The translations under genes were made by a program, and so were the position numbers. The notes beneath the pieces are model-generated. The model had not been told where the DNA came from. It did not search any database and worked only from the letters and a program-made list of their open reading frames with translations. 64,000 nucleotides of DNA from Eledone cirrhosa. Lineage: Eukaryota. Below are positions 55,681-64,000 of this stretch, piece by piece (position 1 is the stretch's first letter; every line of letters starts with the position of its first letter). The stretch is taken from NCBI GenBank assembly GCA_964016885.1, contig OZ024745.1:69316001-69380000 (forward strand). Reading direction: 5' to 3'.

Positions 55681-56261
55681 TTTTTTGCTACTATAATAAA
55701 GCCCTTCAAAATAGCGGATTTAGCGAACCGATTAAGTACATACCCAACAGTACCAACTCATTTAAACATAATAATAGGAAAAGAAAAATAATCTTGTTCA
55801 CACCCCCTAATCTTTAACAGTTAAAACTAATGTAGGCAAACAATTCCTAGAGCTCTTAGATAAACATAGATACACATATATACTATAAGAGCGTAGATAC
55901 TATAAGATCTTCAATAGAAACTGTGTCAAAATCAGCTACTCCTGTATGTACGTTAACTCTATTACCTTACAATTTCTTTTTTCAACATATATTATATACG
56001 TATTTGTGGTCACACATACACTGATATGCTTGCCCTCATGTATGTACTTACGCACACATTCTTTCACTATACACATGCATTTGTACATACACACATATGT
56101 ACATTTGTAGGTGCATATACACACATTTATACACATGCCCTTACTACATTTCCTTATTTTATTTTTTTATATATCTCTGCATTATTTTATTTATATATAT
56201 TTTCGCCCATTAAACCTTTGCGTTTCATGAGGAGATTTTTCAAATATTTCACTATGTTTTA

Positions 56262-56339
56262 AATTGCCTTGTCTGACGAACGAATGAGGACGTTTATTGT
56301 ATTCATCTAATTCGGGAAACCTCTGGTAATGAGGAAATT
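56262..56339 (+). ncRNA. Type I hammerhead (P3, right arm)
   Basis: CCUUGU CUGACGA A CGAAU...AUUCG G GAAACC UCU GGUA^AUGAGG. Confidence 0.7.
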
Positions 56340-56360
56340 ATATTGTATTGTTTATTATAC

Positions 56361-56471
<111 letters not shown>

Positions 56472-56657
56472 ATCCACATATATACGTGATTGACGGCTGA
56501 GGGAAAGGAGGACTCAATACATACCGAAGAAGAGGTTCGATATTCATTTTATTATCTGATGTCCCTGTCATCAACAGGCGAGACTCTAGTGACAAAACTC
56601 ACTTTTCACTTTTGGGAGGACACCATGTATATATATATAAATATATAATATCACATC

Positions 56658-56740
<83 letters not shown>

Positions 56741-56743
<3 letters not shown>

Positions 56744-57067
56744 TCTGGCGACCAGCTCGAGGCACGATCGATGTGATGATCGAACCTGACTCTCTCACTC
56801 TGAAAATCGCAAAGTTCTCAGATACGTCTTGATTCTACGAAGCAGATTTTTCCTAATGCTTCGTAGAATCAAGACGTATCTGAGGACTTTGCGATTTTCA
56901 GAGTCAGGTTCGATCATCACATCTATCGTGCCTCGAGCTGGTCGCCAGAGAAACGATTGTAATATGTCCAATACATTCCATTCGTCGCAACATGTTTCTC
57001 TTTTTGTATGATATCATACTCTCAAACGGCCTACCGCATACGGACGCTTTAAACAACCAACACCAAT
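56741..57067 (+). mobile_element. GC-richer palindrome (about 100-bp arms) plus 115-nt tail between TA runs
   Basis: Arms 56741-56844 and 56857-56952 (8-nt indel, a few mismatches), 12-nt loop, tail 56953-57067. Confidence 0.88.
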
Positions 57068-57568
57068 TATATATATATGTGTGTGTGTGTGTGTTTGTGC
57101 GTATGTATGTGTATGTATGTGTATGTGTGTGTGTGGGTGCGTGTGTTTGAGTTTGCGAATATATTTGTGGCTACACAAATCTTTTGTTAGCAGAATATCC
57201 AGTTTTTCTTCTTAGAGAGAGCCATAATGTTTAGAATAGGCTACTCAACGATTCAAACACTTTATCGTTACATTATCGCCTCCGGCAGACGAAATGCCTA
57301 CGAAATGGCTACCGCAATTGTGAAAACGATAATTATTATCTCATTATTGTGTACAGGTATATTCGATTACTAACTGCGGAATGTCAAAACTGGGTGTATG
57401 ATATTAAACCGAAGGAAAACGTCACTGATTATACATTAATAGGTCTACGACCTATGTATTACAATTGAAAAGCAATAAGAATGCCAGAACTACTATAACA
57501 TGGTAGCGAACGAGCAAGAGATTCATTTTTAATATATTGTGTGCACTGAAAATAATAGACGTTTGCTA

Positions 57569-57617
<49 letters not shown>

Positions 57618-57704
57618 TCATGTTAGCCTTAATAAAATGAATATATAAACTCTACTTCAGTAATGAGTACTCTATTCTCTCTCCCAACCATCTCTCTCTT
57701 TCTC

Positions 57705-57842
<138 letters not shown>

Positions 57843-58768
57843 CGCGTGATTAATGGTAGCTATGGTGCTTCCATAGGCGGTATGCCAAAATTAGCACTCA
57901 ATATTCTTACAGAGCAGAGTGTGAATAGTATAACAAAACGAAAAATCAGTGATGCATCTGGACTCAGTTTATTGCGTGTTACAATTGTTTCGCCGGCAGG
58001 TAGCTCGAGACATGATCACTGTATGGATCTGGCTGATTCTACAGCTGCAGGTTCTTCGGACACATGCAATATTTTCGGAGCAAATTTTCTCACTGGTGTG
58101 TTATCATAAAAAAAACGTGCGTGTATGTGTGTGTCTGCGCGTGTGTGCGCGTGTGCGTGTGAGACCGGACGTAAGGGGCTGTATAGGCAGGCGCCAGTAG
58201 ACAATGTGGTGGTCTGTATATGGCTGTGGGTGTGCTTGGGTATGTGTAAGAGAGGGAGTGTGTGTGTGTGTATAGATGTGTATGGGGGTATGTGTGTCTA
58301 TACATGTGTGCGTACATATCTGTATGCATGCATGTGTGTGTGCCTGCGTGTGTGTATATGTGTGCGTGTGTGTTTTGTGTGTGTGTGTATTTGTGGGTAC
58401 ATACTCGGGAGTGTGAACAGACGTGTGGGATACCAAACCCAGCATGGCTCCACTGCAGTGAGTCGGACGGAAAATGGCTGATGACAAGTATAGCAGTAAA
58501 TAGTGACCAAATTTGATGATGACATGGAAAAACAACAGCCAATGGCAAGACAAGAGTGGAAGATGTGTTTTGAAGGTGTTTTTTGATGATAACACCCCAG
58601 TGAGAAAATTTGCTCCGAAAGAATTGCATGTGTCCGAAGAACCTGCAGCTGTAGAATCAGCCAGATCCATACAGTTATCATGTCTCGAGCTACCTGCCGG
58701 CGAAACAATTGTAACACGCAATAAACTGAGTCCAGATGCATCATTGATTTTTCGTTTTTTTATACTAT
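57843..58768. mobile_element. Non-coding element with about 190-bp inverted repeats carrying hammerhead-like motifs and a one-sided tail
   Basis: Arms 57925-58115 and 58578-58768; tail 57843-57924; TA runs on both flanks. Confidence 0.87.
58623..58722 (+). ncRNA. Hammerhead-like motif with expanded stem II and U4C core (inverse copy 57971-58070)
   Basis: GUGU CCGAAGA [61 nt] GAAAC AAUU GUA^ACAC; stem I extends via AUUGC/GCAAU; palindromic stem III. Confidence 0.6.
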
Positions 58769-59844
58769 ATATATATTCATATATACTATATGTATATCCA
58801 TATACGTATTTATATAAGTATATATATTTAACTGTGTGTATTTGCATGCATATATGTATGAATGTAAGTGTATGTATTCTTGTGTGAACACTCTATAACC
58901 AAACATTTAAGCCAATCTGTTTGCAGATATAGAGTGCCCAGTTCGTGTTTACTTGGGAAAGTGGCATTTATCAGCCTCGTGTTGATCCTCTGCAGGATTG
59001 AGCCCCGCGAGTCAGAATGCCTCTTTGACTGAGTTTCCTTTGCTATCTTCCTGGATAACACATCTTCAGCTCAGTCTGCCGGGACCATGAAACTACAGTC
59101 ATCTGATGTTTTACACATCAGAGACAGAGAGAGAGAACAAATAAACAAAAGAATGTGACCGATCACATTTCATTGGCCGATCCGTGGTGTTACTGTTAGC
59201 CCTTATTTATAATACAGAAATACATACATATATTGAAATATAAATACCTACAATCATACATACATGAATAGACGCAAATATACACATACAAATAAACATA
59301 CATAAATACATACATTAATAAATACAAACATACGTACTACATACTTACATTGATGCAGGCATACATGTATGCACACTTACAAACAAACATACACATACAC
59401 ACAATAAATATTTGAAGGAGAAGTAATACACAACAGATAACATTTAACAGCTGTAAGACATTGTATGATAAAAGTGGAGAAGAGTATTTGATGTAGGAAA
59501 ATAGAAAGAAAAATGTATTCTATAAAAACTGAGAAAACCGTCTCAGCCAACTCACTTTGATAATTTACTGAATTGTTGTTGTTGCCGATGTTGTTGTGTA
59601 GATCTATGAAATCACTTATTTGATCTTTGGCTGTTGATCCCAAATGGCGGCACAAGATCCCTTGTTTGTTAGGTATTTGAAAGCTGGTGTGACTCAACCC
59701 TCTCCATGTTTGACCCAAGTCTAGAGAGAGCGAAAGGGAGAGAGAATGGTAGAAGAAACTGAGAGCGAAAGAAAGATAGATAGATAGATAGTGGGGGGGA
59801 AGAAGGTGAATGACAGAGGGAGAGTGGAAGTGAAAGTGGTAGGG

Positions 59845-59855
59845 AGAAAGAGAGA

Positions 59856-59927
<72 letters not shown>
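59845..59927. repeat. (GA)n microsatellite
   Basis: Direct run. Confidence 0.95.
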
Positions 59928-59931
<4 letters not shown>

Positions 59932-60181
59932 AAAGAACCAATAAACAATGCATACTGGTAATGGGTGAGCTATTTTTCAACCCTGAAATGGTGAAAAGCC
60001 AAATTTGCTTTGGTTTGATTTGAACAGAGAATTTGATTAAATATCGCAAATAATTTTCTTCGACACTCTCACTACTCCACCAATTCACCGCTGATCAGAG
60101 CTTAGGCTGATTTACTATAAATGTCATTTCATCTATTGTAGTAGAGTAGGTCAGCTGAGTCTCAAAGTACATTATGTAATG

Positions 60182-60372
60182 AAGGCGGTGGATTGGCAGT
60201 ATCGGTAGAGGATCGGATGCCATGCTTTGAAGCATAGAGTTACCTCCCTGTATGATCTGAGTTCAAATCCCGCTGAGGTTAACTTTGCCTTTCATCCTTC
60301 CGGGGTCGATAGAATAAAGTACCAGTAATGCATTGGGTAATTGCTGGCCTTGTGCCAAAAGTAGAAACAATT
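60182..60372 (+). mobile_element. Full-length SINE family A with 11-bp target-site duplication
   Basis: aaggcggtggattggcag...gagttcaaatccc...agtagaaacaatta; attatgtaatg at 60171-60181 and 60370-60380. Confidence 0.9.
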
Positions 60373-60489
60373 ATGTAATGTTCCCTTGTTTTACGAATGA
60401 CGGCTAATGTTTGAGATAGATTTGACTGTTATATTTTGCAGATCAAACAGTTATGTATAAAGTCTCTTTCTGCATATACTGCTAAGAGG

Positions 60490-60594
60490 GTGATGATGAT
60501 GATGAAGATAATGATGATGATGACGATGATGATGATGATGAGGATGATGATGATGATGATGATGTTGGTGATGATGACGTTGATGATAATGATG
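60490..60594. repeat. (GAT)n microsatellite
   Basis: Direct imperfect run. Confidence 0.9.
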
Positions 60595-61608
60595 CGTTCT
60601 GTTTCTTTACAAAGATTATCATGCAAATGAACGTCCGATACGTGAGTTAACCTGTTAATGATTGTATATACCAAGTGTATATTTCAAAAGCGTTTTCCAA
60701 TATATATCAATGTGATAAAGCTGGTCATTTGAATGACAGACAGGTACATTACACCCGGCATGTCTCCGAAAAGTTTCCGTTTACACAATTTCTCTCATGA
60801 TGCTTGGATCGAGCCGTGTCTATGGTAAAATTCTTGTCACAAATATCGCACTGTTTTATCGAAAATGAGATATAGTGTTTGCACCATAACTCTGAGCCAC
60901 GTATGCCTATATAGTATGTAGTTGTTTAGTGTTCCATGGGGTAGGTTATACAATATATCTCTTAACATCCTATAATGATTTACCAAAATATATAAAAATG
61001 ATTTTGATTATTCAAATGTTTATATTATCTTTAGTTGTGAAAACTTCCTTTGTTTGTATGAATAAGACCTTAATTCTTAACGTGAGGCAGGCATATCTAT
61101 GTATTTATGTTTGTGTTTTTTAATAAATTCTTGCTAAACCGATATTTTAATGTAATACAGCTTGATTATTGTCAAGGCGGTTGATGTTTGAGCAAGACAA
61201 GACTGCTGTTTCCAGCATTTCAAATGACGATGTATATATAGACTCTCTTTGTAAATATACTTCTTAGGCAGAAGTCGAAAGAATAACATCTGGCAAAGTC
61301 AAGGCCTTTATAAATATATTTGTAGAAATAATATTTTATCGATTATGCTGAGTATTTAAATACAAATAAAATAGGAAACAAATATGGCCAATTATGCAAA
61401 TACAATTATCTACCAATGTATATCTCGTTAAAAATCTCGACTTTCTATTTTTGTGACTTGTATTTAAATGGTTTATATACTATATTTTAAATATTCCTTT
61501 ATCTGTTAGTCGTTTGCATTTCATTAACATTTAAGCAACTCAATAGCAATTTACTAGAAAATATATATGTATATACATACATATGTATATATATATATAT
61601 GAATATAT

Positions 61609-62188
61609 ATCCATACGTACATATATATATGTGTGCATGTATATGTATATATATATACATACTACTGTACGTCTGTATACATATATGTATGTACGTATAC
61701 ATACTTATATTTAAGTAACAGCCGTACTAAGAGTGGGAAATGAAATTTCGTTTCATTTTTTCCGTTCATCGTTTTCGGTGCACCCGGCCGATTAACCCAC
61801 TCGATATGCAAATTGGGCTACTCAGCCGTTAATATGTATAAGGAAAGTATATACTTGCAGACGTTCAATCATCTGACAGGAAGGTGTACGTTGCTTACGA
61901 TTGCTAATAAGCTTGAAACTAGTACAGCGTTCTTTGTCAGTGTTGAACAAACGAGCAACGATGGTTGCTAGACACTACGGCTTAATACGGGATGTTTGTT
62001 TACAAACACACCGAACGTTATAATAAATGTTCGGTTCAATCCATACGTACATATATATATGTGCGCATGTATATATATACATACTACTGTACGTCTGTAT
62101 ACATATATGTATGTACGTATACATACTTATATTTAAGTAACAGCCGTACTAAGAGTGGGAAATGAAATTTCGTTTCATTTTTTCCGTT
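61609..62188. repeat. Two direct repeats of about 150 bp (61609-61766, 62039-62188) flanked by TA-rich runs
   Basis: Near-identical copies ending ...gaaatttcgtttcattttttccgtt. Confidence 0.9.
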
Positions 62189-62475
62189 TATATATATATG
62201 TATATATATATATGTACACATATATATACATATGTACATATATATATATATATATATATGTATATACATATGTATTTACATATATATATATATGTGTGTG
62301 ATTGATACATGTGCACACACACACACACATATATACATATATGATTGTATTTAAAGTATGTGTGAGGTAATCACAAATAATATTGTATTCAGCTTAGTGT
62401 ACTCTACGTAATGCACAAGAGGATCTATTTACTCCGGAGTATAATGATGGTCATGACGTACAAGTCAACTGATTA

Positions 62476-62515
<40 letters not shown>

Positions 62516-62518
<3 letters not shown>

Positions 62519-62793
62519 GGAGGTGAGTTTTATTGTAGTACAATAAAGCAATGCATCGGATAAGAAGCACTCTACAGTTTGTAGGACTGGAGTATACATA
62601 ATATATAAGATCAAAAGATGGTTAAATGAGTTCCATGTATTTTATTATGCGCATTTCAATAACAACCCGAAACAGTACTTTATGTTAAGACTGTATGGAT
62701 CTGAACAATCAATGATCACCGAATGGTACATCAGTTCTGTTTTTCGATCAATCAGAACAACCATCGTAACCGACAGATGTCCCCTAAGACATC

Positions 62794-62794
<1 letters not shown>
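62516..62794. mobile_element. Chimeric insertion: ends of two different families joined back to back between (TA)n runs
   Basis: 62598-62659 matches the arm of the 62818-63132 palindrome; 62660-62794 matches 7235-7370. Confidence 0.78.
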
Positions 62795-62817
<23 letters not shown>

Positions 62818-62825
<8 letters not shown>

Positions 62826-63132
62826 AGAACAAAAGATGGTTAAAGGAGTTCCATGTATTTTATTATGCGCATTTCAAAAACAAACATCATCATGCAATAA
62901 CATTTGTGTTTTCATCAGATAAAATAGGAGGACATGATATGAAGGTTAAAAAACACTTGTGGATATGTTGATTTAAAACTGCACTATCCACAAATGTTTT
63001 TTAACCTTCATATCATGTCCTCCTATTTTATCTGATGAAAACACAAATGTTATTGCATGATGATATTTGTTTTTGAAATGCGCATAATAAAATACATGGA
63101 ACTCATTTAACCATCTTTTGATCTTATATATT
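62818..63132. mobile_element. Hammerhead-containing palindrome in (TA)n
   Basis: Arms 62818-62965 and 62985-63132, 19-nt spacer, about four mismatches. Confidence 0.9.
63024..63094 (+). ncRNA. Type I hammerhead ribozyme (inverse copy 62856-62926)
   Basis: UAUUUUAU CUGAUGA [long stem II CAAAUGUUAU/AUGAUAUUUG] GAAA UGCGCA UA^AUAAAAUA; 8-bp stem I, palindromic stem III. Confidence 0.78.
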
Positions 63133-63134
63133 AT

Positions 63135-63165
<31 letters not shown>

Positions 63166-64000
63166 CAGATATATATATATAGTAAGATGTACACAAGCAC
63201 CCGACTTGAATGATAAAGTTATATCTGTATAAATACAGAGTGTTGAACCGAGGCTGCACCGATGTGTATAATAATAGGCACATATCTCCCAAAAATGGTT
63301 TAACATCTAACTTTGTTATGTTATGTTTACATTGCTCAGAATTATGCATTTGTTTCTAGAACACATATACTCATTAACGTATGGGAGCTTCATCGTACCA
63401 CGTTATTGGGCGGTACTATACGGAGATCTAAGACCATCTAGGCAAGATACTCACACACAGAGACACGTATGTATGTTTGTTTATAACATGTATGTATATT
63501 TGTATGCATGTGTGTGTGAGTGTGTTTTAAATCTGCGATTTACAGCTCGCACTTAAGCAAGTTTAACAGGTGTTCTACAAGTTTGTATCTCTTAGGATGT
63601 TTTGTGGTTATTTTAGAACAGAACACACTAACTGCCTGATTACGAGCTTCAAGTATTAATGTATGTATATAATAGAATACAGAATTGTAGTAGAACAAAG
63701 TTCTTGTATTTTTCTTAGAAGAAAAACAGAATGTTTATGAAATTATTGATCCTGGTTTTGGTTTGAAACACAATTTTAGTCAACGGAAATTGCGAGACGA
63801 ACGTAATAACATAAAGTCGATATAACTCCATGCATTGTTGCTGTTCAACCGAGGTCAATCGTGATAAAAAATAAATTTTGATCAAACAACATGTACAACT
63901 AAAATATCCACTGTGACTCTTCTTTTCAGAAGATGGTTGGGTATGAAATTACGGTTATTTCTACTTGGCCAATATTCCTACATTGGCTTCATTAGAATGA

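Noticed and set aside
56550-56595. ctgatgtccctgtcatcaacaggcgagactctagtg, hammerhead-like
   Set aside because: Needs several core substitutions; could be chance.
58019-58032. 14-mer actgtatggatctg shared with the 7235/62660 repeat
   Set aside because: Isolated short match with no flanking homology; compatible with chance.
59026-59076. Minus strand CTGAAGA-stem-GAAACTCAGTC resembling a hammerhead
   Set aside because: No stem I; the flanks gactgag/ctcagtc pair with each other instead, giving a plain hairpin.
59540-59760. Minus-strand polypyrimidine tract plus AG followed by an ATG (possible exon)
   Set aside because: The tract derives from the CT microsatellite, the reading frame closes quickly and there is no donor support.

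Overview
AT-rich, microsatellite-dense eukaryotic DNA with no host gene I can support. The recurrent tRNA-type SINE and repeat landscape suggest an Octopus-like cephalopod genome (inference). Content: a near full-length, mutated Tx1/L1-type LINE inside a (TATC)n array (21897-27691); a CRE-like RT plus restriction-like-endonuclease relic (45062-47420); fragments of three Penelope-like element (PLE; RT/GIY-YIG) families; CR1/L2-type and Helitron helicase fragments; many SINEs. Most short ORFs in the track are simple-repeat artefacts. The dominant unexplained pattern is about 10 insertions from about 9 sequence-unrelated families, at the edge of (TA)n arrays, mostly built as arm + inverted arm + a 30-115 nt unpaired tail on one side only. 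Several arms contain type I hammerhead ribozyme cores or relics. They range from two protein-coding PLE inversions (about 3 kb) down to non-coding hairpins of 100-400 bp. I read this as a (TA)n-targeted PLE/hammerhead retrotransposition system with non-autonomous palindromic derivatives. All alignments and folds were done by eye.
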